From: Felis catus
Lineage: Eukaryota
DNA length: 64,000 bases
Assembly: GCF_018350175.1 (NCBI RefSeq)
Contig: NC_058377.1
Span: forward strand, 100,502,001 to 100,566,000
Direction of reading: 5' to 3'
The translations under genes and the position numbers were made by a program. Below, piece after piece: positions 1 to 12,074 of the stretch. The first letter of the stretch is position 1, and each line of letters opens with the position of its first letter. Below the pieces are notes generated by a model. That model searched no databases. It was given only the letters and a program-made list of their open reading frames with translations, and had not been told where the DNA came from.

Positions 1-216
1 AGCAGGGAGTGGCAGATCAGGACAAGAACCTCCAGTTTTTGCCCTACTGTGCCACAGGTCTGTAATACTGAGCAATAATCCCTGATATTTGAAATGAATA
101 GGGGTGGTATGGAAGAAAATTTCAGTGATCACACTTAGGGAAGTTCCAATTATTAAACTGATGAATGTTTCTGTAACAAAGACAGATCATACATATGTTA
201 TTAAAATTAAAAAGAA

Positions 217-423
217 ATTAACATTTATTCATTTTTGAGAGTGAGAGAGACAGAGCATGAGCAGGGGAGGTTAAGAGAGAGAAGGAGACACAGAATCTGA
301 AGCAGGCTCCAGGCTCTGAGCTGTCAGCACAGAGCCCGAGGCGGGGCTCGAACCCACAAACCAGCGAGATCATGACCTGAGCCGAAGTCAGATGCTCAAC
401 TGACTGAGCCACCCAGGTGACCC
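217..423 (-). mobile_element. Can-SINE (SINEC)
   Basis: Reverse complement of the tRNA-derived head gggtcacctgggtggctcag, (CT)n region and A-rich tail. Confidence 0.95.
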
Positions 424-548
424 TAGTATTAAAATTAAAAAAAAACATGCAGAAAAGTACTAAATGACCTAAGTAAAATAGAGGGATAAAAGAATTATTT
501 TCTTGAAGTGTTTGATTCACTTATTTTAAATAATAAGAGATTATCTTT

Positions 549-646
549 TGTAGGATATTGTAGGATATTGGACGTCTTCATGAATACATTTTTACTTTGA
601 TATTGTAGGATATTGGACGTCTTCATGAATAAATTTTTACTTTGAT
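549..646. repeat. 45-bp tandem duplication (2 copies, 1 mismatch) plus a 10-bp duplication
   Basis: gatattgtaggatattggacgtcttcatgaata(c/a)atttttacttt at 554 and 599; tgtaggatat twice at 549 and 559. Confidence 0.95.
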
Positions 647-959
647 TTCCGTTCTCCTATCTGTGAAATGGGAAATCTTATTAAGCTACTCCAAGTCTTG
701 GTCATTCGTTTGGGATTTTCAGTAACGGTTAGTTGTCAAAACTTCTGTAGAAATCTATATTCAGTGGCATATTAAACTCATTGAGGAAAAATTATTCCCA
801 GAGCTCCCCTTGTCTTATGAATGGTGAAGCATTTATAGAATATTAGTCCTTTTAAAATTAATAATAAGTTAATATGTAGTTAATTCTTACAATATTAGAT
901 GCACATATCTGTACCTAAAGGTTTTATATGACTTTATTATTTCAATTCTCCCCAAAATC

Positions 960-1060
960 TAATGTGGTGGGTACTATTATTATCATTGTTTTACAGATGA
1001 AGAAAACAAGGCTCAGTGGGTGTGTAACATGCCTGAGACCATTTAGGTTTAGTGGACCGT
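960..1060 (-). mobile_element. MIR core
   Basis: tattattatcattgttttacagatgaagaaaacaaggctcag. Confidence 0.6.
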
Positions 1061-1306
1061 ATGTGGGAACGCATTCAGCCTAATTCAAGCACTTTCTCCC
1101 TCTATAAGCTGTCTCGCTTGCAAATACAATTGCCAATTTTATTTTAGGAACTAGCCAGTCAGTCTTGTATCCTAAGAAATATTTTCTGTGAGACTAAGGA
1201 CACCAAGATGATCCTGGCAGTCAAGGGTTGAGTGTTTTTTTATTCCCCTTTTTAGAGGTTGGGGGTAAGGTGGAGTGAACATCAGTGTCCTGACTGTCCT
1301 TTTTAG

Positions 1307-1365
1307 GATGTTGTCTGGTGTAGATTTTCTTAATGAACTTGTTGCACCAGAGGCGAAGATTTCAG
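1307..1365 (+). other. Candidate upstream exon of the OR4P4-like gene (possibly coding)
   Basis: Acceptor ctgtcctttttAG (1305-1306), strong donor CAG|GTAAGC (intron starts 1366), ATG at 1308 with an open frame that would be in phase with ATG 5477 after splicing to 5472. Prediction only. Confidence 0.4.
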
Positions 1366-2019
1366 GTAAGCAGAGAATTTAAATATTGTGGCATTTCTAT
1401 TGAGTACACACATATTGAAGGCTGTTAACCTTTTGTGCGGTAAATCCTGATTATTTGGAAATCTCTCTTGCAGACTTATTGTCTCCTTTTGTTAAAACCA
1501 AAATAAAATCTGGTGTTCGTGCAACAAAACAAGGAGCCATGAGAAAAGAGCAAACTATGAACTTGAATCTTCAACGGTAACAGCGATAGTTAGCAAATGG
1601 TCTTGAAATGTCTTTAAATTTTATCAGGATTGTAACAGTATAAGTAGATGTTCTAATGCTGAGATAAAGACAAAATCCAGATATAGGTGTAAAGGAGATG
1701 CAGATATTAGTGTGAATGTAGGTGCAGTTGTAGATGTGTTTCCTGTTTCCTTATATCAAATATCTCCTCATGGAGGAGTATGGAAGTTGGGTACCTATGT
1801 ATTCATCTAGTTATATTTACATTTTTTATGACCATTAATGCGTAAAATGCTTGAGGAGGAGTGTTTATGTCTACACTTGCTAAAGTCATTGAGGAAACAA
1901 TGCAGTAATAAGTGATGAGTCATAAATTTACTGAATTCTGGTAAAGGTTTCATTTTTGTTTAATTTCATTCATTATGTATTGTGTTCTTCTTAAACCATA
2001 TTATACAATGATGAGTTTT

Positions 2020-2200
2020 TTTTAAATATTTATTTATTTTTTTTAGGGATTGTGCAAGTTGGGGAGGGGCAGACAGAGGGGGGCAGAGGTTCTGAAGCAG
2101 GCTCTGCACTGCCCGGATGACATCAGGGAGCCTGATGAACCGGGAGATCATGACCTGAGCTGAAGTCAGACGCTCAACCAACTGAGCCACCAAGGTGCCC
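2020..2200 (-). mobile_element. Can-SINE with an internal deletion around the B box
   Basis: TSD aatgatgagtttt at 2007-2019 and 2205-2217; lacks the ggggctcgaactcac segment. Confidence 0.9.
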
Positions 2201-2378
2201 ATAAAATGATGAGTTTTAAAATTAACTTAAATTACAGAAGTAATAATGAAATATCATCTCGTTAATAAAGAAATTAAAACATTATATAATACTGAAATCC
2301 ACTTTGGCCATCACCCCCTTATTTCTGAAAAGTAAATCTTTCCTTCCACACTTTTTCCTATTAATTTATAAGCACTCC

Positions 2379-2460
2379 CCCTCCTCCCCCCTCCTCCTCC
2401 TCCCCCCTCCTCCTCCTTCCCCTCTTCTTTGCCCCCTCCTCCTCCTCCTCCTTCTTCTTA
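2379..2460. repeat. (CCT)n polypyrimidine tract
   Basis: ctccccctcctccccc...tcctcctcctcctccttcttc. Confidence 0.9.
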
Positions 2461-2779
2461 ACATGCATGTTATCATAGTGTGATTATTTTTGTGCACCTG
2501 ATTATGTTTTCCACTCAAAAATATATCTTAGTGATTTGTATCATGGTAGATGTCTCCTAGGGATCAAAATTTAAGCTTGTCTAGTTCTCCATAACAAGAA
2601 GATACCACCCCTTATTTCCATTCTATTACCAGGTTTTAGATCACATCTATTTTCCAAATTTAAATGTCTGCGAAGAATGCCCTTTTCTATGCTTTCTGGG
2701 GTAGTTTTGCTGGGTCCTTCATCAAAATTTTACATGGACAGCCTTTTGAATTTTATCTTTTATGAAGTTGATGAGTGGG

Positions 2780-3660
2780 AATATAGTATCTCATTCTTGC
2801 TTAATCTGTATTTTCCTGATTCTAATGAGGTTGAATATTTTTATATACACTTTTGGCCAGCAGTAATTTCCTTTCTGTGTACTGCCTTGTCAAACATTTT
2901 GCTCTTTTAGAGAAAAATAGAGAAAATTGGCCTACTTATCTTTATATGATTGATTCGCAAAATTTATAAATATTTACTCCCATTGGCCACTTTTAAAAAT
3001 ATTTGGTTTATAGGAAGTTTTGTCATATAGAAATTTTAAATAGATTTTATTTTTTAAATAAATTTTCTTTTTGTGCTTTGCTTAAAAACTGTTACTACAT
3101 AAGCTATAAACCCATTATAATTATTTCTCAAATATTTTTCCTAGTTTTGTTTGATACATTTGTATCTTTCAACCACATGAATTACAGTTTTTTGTGCCTT
3201 GTGAGATATATATTTTTTTTTCAGAGGGAGAGTCAACGTCCTAACATCAGTTACTAAAATTCACATCATTTTGAATTCTCTGGAGTTCATATCAATTTGA
3301 AATTTCAACTTAAATATAGATTAAATTCCAGTATATATGTGTTTATTTATTGACCGTCTTCAAGTCCAGCAATATGTCTCTACCCACAACTTTTTAATTG
3401 CCATAGTTTTATAATATACTTCAATTCTGAAAAGTATGTCTGTTCTTTTTGCTCTTTTTAAAAAAATTAACGTACTTACTCTGGATGTTAACTCTTTCTG
3501 AATTTTGAAATCAGTTTTTCATGAAAAATTTTGTCAGAATTTTTGTTCCCCTTATTGAGTGTATTGATTAATTTGGGAAGAATTGACATCTTTCCTATAT
3601 TGATCTTCCCTAACCATAAACATGGTATAATCTTTTAACTTGTTTCAATCCTTTTATATC
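2780..3660 (-). mobile_element. Ancient L1M fragments
   Basis: Degenerate antisense ORF2-like segments (ctaatgaggttgaatatttt; ttaatttgggaagaattgacatcttt). Confidence 0.5.
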
Positions 3661-3705
3661 TTTTAATACCATTATGTACTCAATAAGGAAATTCTCTACT
3701 TAAAA

Positions 3706-3914
3706 ATCTTTTTTCATGCTTATTATTTACTTTTGAGAGACAGAGTGTGAGCCGAGGAGGGGCAGAGAGAGAGGGAGACACAGAATCCGAAGCAGAGGCT
3801 CCAGGCTCTGAGCTGTCAGCACAGAGCCACACGTGGGGCTCGAACCCACTAACAGCGAGATCATGACCTGAGCCAAAATCGGAAGCTTAACCGACTGAGT
3901 CACTCAGGCACCCC
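3706..3914 (-). mobile_element. Can-SINE
   Basis: Full-length; flanked by gaaattct on both sides. Confidence 0.95.
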
Positions 3915-4151
3915 AGAAATTCTTTTTTTTTCAAGAAAGAATAGATAGCTTACAGATAAAATACTCGTTCACCGCTTGTTTTAAACCAATCACACCATAG
4001 CCCAGAAACACACGGTTTTGCTTGTGTGGTGGTGATATTTCCAGATATTTTTACAAGAAATTGGACCATAGGGTGTTAATTTGGGGTTCATGAGTGGAAT
4101 TCAATCCGAAAGTCCACAAACTCCCTAAAATCCTATTACAAATCTCTTTGT

Positions 4152-4318
4152 GGGGTGTTTGTGTGGCTCAGTCAATTAAAAATCTGACTATTTCAGTTCA
4201 GGTCATGACCTCCTGGTTGTGAGATCAAGCTTTGCATCAAGCTCCATGCTCGGCATGGAACCTGCCTTGGATTTTTTGTCTCCTTTTCCCTCTTCTCCCC
4301 CTCCTCAAGAAAAAAAAA
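4152..4318 (+). mobile_element. Can-SINE (older, diverged)
   Basis: ggggtgtttgtgtggctcagtc...; TSD aaatctcttt. Confidence 0.85.
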
Positions 4319-5476
4319 TCTCTTTTTATGTCAAATGTACATTTTTCTAAAGAAATCTCGTAAGAACTCACAGAAAGTAAAAGGCATTGCTCCATGACCA
4401 TTATAACCCTTCATAAACAGGCTGACACCTTTTATCAGTGTGGAGGTGGAGGTTTTGTAAAAGTGAGCACTGAGTGTAGCAGTTTTGTGATACATTTTAG
4501 ATAAAGTTGCCAAAAGGAAGTAAGAGTTAGCATAACACTTTGCACCAGAGCAACATGTCCTTTTTAACTAACATATTTCAGGACTGGGGCCTGTGAGCCT
4601 GTGAAGGAAAGAAAGCGGTTCAATTCAAAGAGATACAAAGTAGTAGAACAGATCTAGTGAAAAAGGATCTCTGGATGCAATTTGCCCCTCCAAGGCAACT
4701 GTCCTACTGGGAAGCCCCAGAAAGCGTGAAACAGTGAAACAAAAACAGTGAGAACTTCTGGGTTAGACTGGAGAGTAAACTGGGAAATGAGGTCAATTTC
4801 AGGAAGCCAGAAATATACCAGAACCTCATGCAATGGAGCAATCCTTTTCCCCAAAGATCTCATCGTGGCTCTTTCCCTCCCTCCATTTTTACAAAAGTTC
4901 ATGGAAAGGTTCTAAAGGCACTTTCTGAAATTGTCACCTAGAGGTCTGATATTTAAAATTATGAGCTCATCGATGTCTAACGATGTTACTGAACTTTAAG
5001 CATTTAGCACACAGTTAGTCACCGGGAAGGGCTGAGAATGATAGGACCACCCTTGAAGAACAGATAATCTCAGTGCCGTTTTTATACACCGGAGATTCAA
5101 AAATCACTCTTGAAAATATATGCAGAAATTGCATCTCAAAATTTGACCTAAAAACGAACATTCATCTTGTCCTCATTCATCTTGTTGCTCATAGTAAGTG
5201 TGAAACTTTGGGAATTATTATAATTTCAATTAGTTATCTGTGCTATTATTGTTAGTATATGTCTACTCTAATGAACTGTATCCACTTATGGATAGAGATT
5301 GCATGTACTTTATACACTGCTCGACCCTTAGCACTAATTAGAGTGTATCATCATAAATAATCTGTACATATTTATTGAATAAATGGATGACTTTTAAAAT
5401 AAACCAGTAATTTTAAAAAGTTGGATGTTTCAAGTATGTTAACTTTCCCCTCTAAATGATAAAACCCACAGGAGCA

Positions 5477-6403
5477 ATGGGACATGAAAACATCACAGAA
5501 TTTATCCTCCTGGGACTTTTCAGTGATGAGGATGCAAAGATTGCCTGCTTTGTGCTGTTCTCGCTTTGCTATATTGCAATTCTCTCCGGAAACCTGCTCG
5601 TTCTTCTCACCATCAGGGGCAGCCGCCTCAGTGAACAGCCCATGTACTTTTTCCTGAGCTACCTGTCTTTCATGGATGTCTGCTTCACCTCCACAGTGGC
5701 CCCCAAACTGATCACAGATCTGCTGGCCCGGCGGAAGACTATCTCTTACAACAGCTGCATGGCCCAGATGTTTTATGCCCACTTCTTTGGTGCCACTGAG
5801 ATCTTCATCTTGGTGGCCATGGCCTATGACCGTTATGCAGCCATCTGCAGACCCCTTCACTATATGGTCATCATGAGCAGACCGGTGTGCTATATCATTG
5901 TGATGGCCTCGATTATCGGAGCATTCATCCATTCAATCCTCCACGTATTGATTATTGTCGAACTTCCCTTCTGTGGCCCCAATCGGATAGACCACTATTT
6001 CTGTGATGTTTTCCCTTTGCTGAAGCTGGCTTGCATGGACACTAGCCTGTTGGTTATTGCGATCATTACCACCACAGGAGTGATGTCCATTTTGACCTTT
6101 GTTGCCTTGGTAATTTCTTACCTCATCATCCTGTCCACCCTGAGGACCCGCTCATCCCAGGGCCGCCGCAAAGCCCTCTCTACCTGCAGCTCTCACGTCA
6201 CTGTCGTGTTCCTGTTCTTCCTGCCCCTCATCTTCACGTATGTCCCCGTGGCTGATTCTGTCAGTAACGACAAGGTTTTTGCCCTGTTTTACACCATGAT
6301 TGCTCCCATGTTCAACCCTCTCATCTACACGCTGAGAAACACAGACATGAAGAACGCCATGAGGAAAGTGTGGTGTTGGCGCAAACGGACTGAAGGGAAA
6401 TGA
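5477..6403 (+). CDS. Olfactory receptor, family 4 (OR4P4-like), intact, 308 aa
   Basis: ORF with OR motifs [45 protein letters not shown]-terminus [36 protein letters not shown] resembles human OR4P4. The likely start is ATG 5477 (MGHENIT, N-glycosylation sequon) just after the acceptor cacAG at 5470-5471, not the ORF-track start 5456. Exact orthology is uncertain. Confidence 0.95.
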   Translation: MGHENITEFILLGLFSDEDAKIACFVLFSLCYIAILSGNLLVLLTIRGSRLSEQPMYFFLSYLSFMDVCFTSTVAPKLITDLLARRKTISYNSCMAQMFYAHFFGATEIFILVAMAYDRYAAICRPLHYMVIMSRPVCYIIVMASIIGAFIHSILHVLIIVELPFCGPNRIDHYFCDVFPLLKLACMDTSLLVIAIITTTGVMSILTFVALVISYLIILSTLRTRSSQGRRKALSTCSSHVTVVFLFFLPLIFTYVPVADSVSNDKVFALFYTMIAPMFNPLIYTLRNTDMKNAMRKVWCWRKRTEGK

Positions 6404-6515
6404 AGTCTCTGGTGTTCAAACCCTTTCCTGGATCTTTCTATCTACAGAATCCTCGTGTCAACAAATACAACAGGTGCAGTGAGGTGCTGTGCTGTCCTCC
6501 AATGTTGCAAGACTT

Positions 6516-6677
6516 GGGGCACCTGGGTGCCTCAGTCAGTGGAGTATCCGACTCCAGCTCAGGTCATGATCTCACACTTTGTGAGTTTGAGCCCCGAAGC
6601 CTCTGTGCCACCCCCCCCCACCCCCGGCCTCTTCACAGCTTTCTCTCTCTTTTGCAAAAATAGATAAACTTAAAAAA
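6516..6677 (+). mobile_element. Can-SINE with an internal deletion, 113 bp after the OR stop codon
   Basis: Perfect 15-bp TSD aatgttgcaagactt at 6501-6515 and 6678-6692. Confidence 0.95.
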
Positions 6678-7861
6678 AATGTTGCAAGACTTGAAGAGAG
6701 AAGGCCCCTGAGCCACCCTCTTTCTCTTACTTTCTTTTTCCGAGCTTGTATAAGGGGAATGGATCCCATGACCTCCAAGTCCCTTCTAGCTTTGACATTC
6801 TGGAACTTATGTCTGGCATTCTGGAACGTTATAGGTCTGTCCTTCATGGTCCCAGTCATTGTGGGCATTATAGTAGTTTTTTTAGGGCACACTGTAAGGT
6901 CTGGATGGTTTGACAGTTATGTCTTGCTTTGGGAAACAGATTGTTGACTGAGACACCTCACAGAAAGAGGGAGAGAGAGAGACAGACAGAGAGAGAGGGG
7001 TCCTAAGCATTCCATTTTTTGGAGGTACCCATTACAATAAAGAAATAAAGCAACTCACCACATTTGCATGCGTTATGGTATATTTTAACTCTTTACATAC
7101 ACAAATAATGTAACACAATGTCATTATGCGATTCACACTGTACTTATGGAAGTTATTGTAATTAACTCTTAGTACCTATTGATGGTGTATTCGGGGAATT
7201 AGAACTTTCAAATTAGATCATGGATATCACTGTGTGCTCCTTTAAATGTAATTCCATGACGTATTTTCCACCTCATCTTGAAATCCTTCACGAGTATTCA
7301 AATTGATGCTTTCTGTACTTGTGCAACAGGGAAAACCTCCCGTCCTGCAGAAGACCCCGAGCTTAGGAAGCCACCTAGCCGGAGACATGGACATCCCCGG
7401 GGTGCGTTTTGTTAATCTTCACTGCTGCCTATGCAGATGGCATACTTTGACGTTTTCTTCACCATTCTTCGCGCAACGCAAAACTGTCTCATTTCTACCC
7501 AGGCAGGCCCCTATACCAGCGAGAAATAAAGAAGGTTAGATTGAGAAGCAGAGGTAATTCACTGAAAACTGGGGCATTGGCCAAGACCAGCTTTGGTGCA
7601 TTGAGGTATTTCCTTAGTTTGTGCAAGAATATTCGAGCTTTGTGAATCGGAAGGGGTCTCTGACATCATCGAGGGTCGTCCACTAGCGCGATAAGAGGAA
7701 TGGAGGCCCAGAGAAGAGTGGGGTCACCAAGCTTTCAAGTATGAGAGGCCACGGAACTGTCATTTTCCAGTGCCCCATCCTTTTCACCAAGTCGTCACAA
7801 AGAGATTGAGTTTTAGTTACTCGAACTATTATTGTCTCTTGTGCACAAAAATCCAGGGTGT

Positions 7862-8135
7862 TTTTGTGTTTGTTTTTGGAGCATGGTTGATACACAATGT
7901 CACATGAGTTTCAGGCATACAACCTAGCGATTCCACAAGTCTATATGTTATGCTGTGCTCTGCACAAGTGTACCTACCGTCTGTCACCACACACGGCTAC
8001 CATAATACCATTGACTATAATCACTACGCTATGCCTTTTATTCCCATGACGTATTCATTCCATAACTGCAAGCCTCACCCATTTTGCCCAAGCCCCTACC
8101 CCACCTTCCCTCTGGCAACCATCAGTTTGTTTCCC
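7862..8135 (-). mobile_element. L1 3' end (carnivore L1_Carn/L1MB-type), 5' truncated
   Basis: gttgatacacaatgtcacatgagtttcaggcatacaacc ... ccctctggcaaccatcagtttgtt, antisense L1 3' UTR. Confidence 0.75.
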
Positions 8136-9276
8136 ATATTTCCTTGGGTCTGAAGGAACCTGGGTTTTAAGGTGAAGGGTCCATTTATGGAAATTAGCCA
8201 TAGTTGATGATGATTTCAGCAATAGTTTTTCTCTTCCCAAAAGACCCTGACGTGTCACGCCTGAAATCAGGGAATTTAGAACATAAGGGGAGGCAAAAAA
8301 ATAATGAAATATATTGAAAAGGAGATAAGAAAGATGAAGGAAGATTAAGTCAGGATTTTGTTTTGATGTTGATGTCCTGGTGAATATCTGCTGATGGGAT
8401 TCTCCAATTCAGAAAGGTCAAGGTGAACAGAAATGTCTAGAGCTGCGTGGGCTGGTGCCTAAATCTGGTGTTTATTTTTTTTTAATAAGCCTGTTTTTGA
8501 CACATATATAGGCCACATTCTCTGGTAATGAATTAAATTTGCTTTTTGTGACAAATTTGCTATTTGGTTTTTCTCCAAAGACAGGCCTTTCAGAAGTCTA
8601 TTTGAAAATGGCTCTTCTGTATCTTTTGTTAACATTCTTCTTATAAATTATCAACAAAGGAGGGGTGGAAAGGAACCTACCCAAGAACGGTAAATACTTC
8701 CTTGTTTTCCTACATATTACCCATGGATGAAATAGTAGGAGGGAGGCTGGCTGCATGTTTAGGTATTTAGAATTGGTCCTCTATGTGTATAACCAAGGTT
8801 ACGTGCTATGTGCCTCATGCCAACCTCTCTTGGCTTGGCCTTTTATACTGTTCCTTTCAAGGTATCATACACTCAATATATTGGGGGTTTTATTAATTCA
8901 AGAGTATGGTTCAGAATTCCCACTTCTATAGTTTGACTATGCTATTTATTCTTGAATCAGTCCCCTCAATAATGCGGCATATCGAGCCACTGCAATCCTT
9001 GTCGCTTATAAAATAAGCATTTAGTGTGTCTTTGCAAACGCTGGGGTTCAGCTGATCTCTAAGGGTAGGATCAGTGTACTTCATGCAGCTCTATTTTTCT
9101 CATGCATAAAATAGAAATGTTATCTTAGTCTTTGCTGAAATTGAAAGTTTATGTTCTATACATGTGATGTTTGTCGTTACCATTGATGGTTACAGAACTT
9201 TGGCATTGTCTGTCTCTCTTTACACTGTGGTGCACTTAACTTCTGGATTTTTTTTAATACTAAAATGTGAAATAAA

Positions 9277-9485
9277 GGGACGCCTGGGTGGCTCAGTCGG
9301 CCGACTTCGGCTCAGGTCATGATCTCGTGGTTCACGAATTCGAGCCCCACGTCGTGCTCTGTGCTGACAACTCAGAGCCTGGAGCCTGCTTCAGGTTCTG
9401 TGTTTCCATCTCTCTCTGCCCCTCCCCTGCTCACACTCTGTCTCTCTCTGTCAAAAATAAATAAAAGAAAACATTAAAAATAATC
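9277..9485 (+). mobile_element. Can-SINE
   Basis: 14-bp TSD aaatgtgaaataaa at 9263-9276 and 9486-9499. Confidence 0.95.
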
Positions 9486-10552
9486 AAATGTGAAATAAAG
9501 ACTATTTTGAAGACTTGGATCGAGTGATAAAGTTGCATTGTGTCTCAAAACAACACTGGTCACTGTGTAAGGTATGGACATAATCAAAACACTGTCATAA
9601 TGAGGCATTCCCACTCAGTTATTATAAAAATGGTGAAATTCTAGAGGTTCTGACCTGTGACAAATGTTTTAATCTCCCGGATATGTTTAAATGAAAAAAA
9701 GAGGATGGAATATGGAGAAACATGAAGACTAGTTTTGCATCTTACATTGAGCAGTGTAAGAAGACATGTGTTCAAATGCTTTTGCTGTGCTTGGGGACAG
9801 AAATATAACCACTGGTTAGAAGACATAAGGAGACACATTTTTATTATTTTCCACTATGAAATAAACTAAGTTATCCATCAAGAAAGTGAGAAGCATTGCC
9901 ATTTATTTTCATCAATGAAGGCTTTACTCGGAGTCATATCTGAGTAACAGCATTTATAACAGCAAGGGTGTAAAACTACAAAAACTATAAAACTCCAGTG
10001 TTTTCCAGCCAAGGTTGTGGTTTTAGGCACATGAGATAAAGTCATCTTATAAACCAGACTCACCCCTATTGGAAGTGGGGAGAGTCTAGGTTCCAATGAT
10101 TCTTGGTCATCTCTTTCCAAGGAACCAAGAGTAGACTCTCTGAGCTCCTCTACTGGGAATGACCCTGGGGAACTTTTGTGAACAGATATAAATGTATAAA
10201 GTCACTGGTAAAAACTCGAATACTATTTCATATGTCCTGCTTCTTGGCCTCTGAGAATAATAAATCTGTCAGCTTTTACTGTGTTAGGGATGTCAGACCT
10301 TCAATAGAACTAACATCCCTTGGTATTCAAGATGTTATTAGTGCCAAGACATGATGGGAAGAGTATTGTGGAGGAAATTTACAAATGGATAATGTTTATT
10401 TATTCCACTGATTCCTAAATTTAGTTCAAGTTTAGCTCCCTTTGCATTGCTTAGTAGAATAGACATGGGCATATATTCAAATATAGGATTTCGTGGATTT
10501 TCTTGGCTCACAGACCTCTTGTGCTCTAAGAACAGCAAATATCATCTAGTTC

Positions 10553-10747
10553 CAGTGTTTCTAAATCTAAGTGCTAAGATATGCCACTGACTGTACAAAA
10601 ATTATGGCAAGAGCTTGTTAAAAATACAGATTTTTGAATACCCTTTAATCATGGCCTCGCATATTAGAAACTGTCAGCACAGATTCTGTTATCTGTTCAA
10701 AGTCTCTCAAGATGATTCCCATGATTGGACAAGTTTGAGAAGCACTG
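10553..10747. mobile_element. MER5-like hAT-Charlie MITE
   Basis: TIR-like ends cagtgtttct...agaagcactg and internal cttgttaaaaatacagatt and caagtttgagaagcactg typical of MER5. Confidence 0.65.
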
Positions 10748-10960
10748 ACCTAATCATTAAAAACTGAGCAAATGGAAGTGCATGGAGATTCCAAGCTGGG
10801 ACAATAAACATGGATTTGTGTGGTTCCACGGCCAGGATGTTTTAATTATAACTTCTAATTATGGTGCCGCCTTTGATCTTTCTTATCTTTATTTCTTTGA
10901 ATGTATCAACATCAGAGATAGTTTTTTAAAGCACTGTGTACAGTTCTCAACACAATGTAT

Positions 10961-10998
10961 ACACACACACACACACACACACAGACATACACATACAC
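10961..10998. repeat. (CA)n microsatellite
   Basis: Direct reading. Confidence 0.95.
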
Positions 10999-12074
10999 TC
11001 CACAGCCATAAACACTTACCCAGGTATGGGCAGTAATTGAATAATCAGATTTGTGCAAAAATAAGAAAACAATGAGAGGGATAATCAGTGATGTGTACAT
11101 TTGTTATAGGAAAATAAAGCTCCGTTTGGGTGATGTGAAGGAGGGATGTGCGATGAATGGTTCACTGAATTCAGTAAAGCTGCTTTGTTCAAACATTGGA
11201 GGAACTACAGTTTCCAAACCACGCATTTCAACGTTGTATTTGCCCTGTGGGTGGAATCAGGTCACCTGCTCATCACAGATGCCTTTGCTTTCATTGAGTT
11301 TCTTTAGTTTTTCTTTTAGTCACTTTACATTAATGGAGACTGCTGGCTACGGGCAAGTCAAAGTCAGTTAGCAGAAACATACTAATGGGGTGTTAGAATT
11401 ACAATGGGGATCTTGGAGGTAATTTTTTCCCTAATTTGCGGATTGTTTGGGTAAAGAAAATGTGTCCTAGAGGAAAAGGAGAAAGGGAAAGCTTTCTCCC
11501 AAAAGCGGAAGATGAGAACAGGTCTTTCATTTTTCAAGCGTGTTTTACCTTTCACGCGCTGCACACATCTCACCTCTCTTTGTGGCCTCACTAGGCTAGT
11601 TTCCACGTATTTTGGAGGACTTATATCAGAGCTCTGTAGCTCAGATCTCTGTTATTTTTCAAGTATACTTTTGTGCATGCAACACATACATATTGAGTGC
11701 TCACTATTTTTCAATCACAGTTCTAAATGCTAGAAAACCGCCTTAAATGCTTCACAGAGGGCTCTCAATCTTTAAATAAAATGGCAGAAAGGCCAAAATG
11801 GGGAAGAGAAAATAATGGTTCTGAGTAAGATCATGCTGAACTTGTGAGTTTAATAAAATTCCTCTGGCCTCGATATTTCAGAAAATTTATCTAATTATGA
11901 AACATTAGAACAAATATAATAACAATTAATAATGACGATAAATAATACCTCAGTTGTCTAGAATGTGTTATTCTCTCTTTTGTTCCTCAAATAAACCCTG
12001 TGCTGTTGTTATTACTGTCTTCACTGAACAGATCAGAAAATTTAAGATCATCCAGCTTAAACTGTCGCTTTCAA

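Noticed and set aside
218-520. Many short ORFs with WVAQSVE..TSAQVMIS or FIYFWDRERQS motifs (e.g. 1966, 22112, 32685, 50272, 53606)
   Set aside because: Translations of Can-SINE sequence, not genes.
5372-5932. 186-aa antisense ORF overlapping the OR4P4-like CDS (also 12333-12521 and 56043-56255)
   Set aside because: Shadow ORFs on the opposite strand of OR coding sequence; no independent motifs.
9277-9485. tRNA-like A/B boxes in SINE heads
   Set aside because: Can-SINEs are tRNA-derived; no full cloverleaf or standalone tRNA gene is present.
9858-10320. Possible ancient LTR (TATA-like run, AATAAA, ends ctaaca)
   Set aside because: No clear TG start or TSD and no family recognised; not enough support to annotate.
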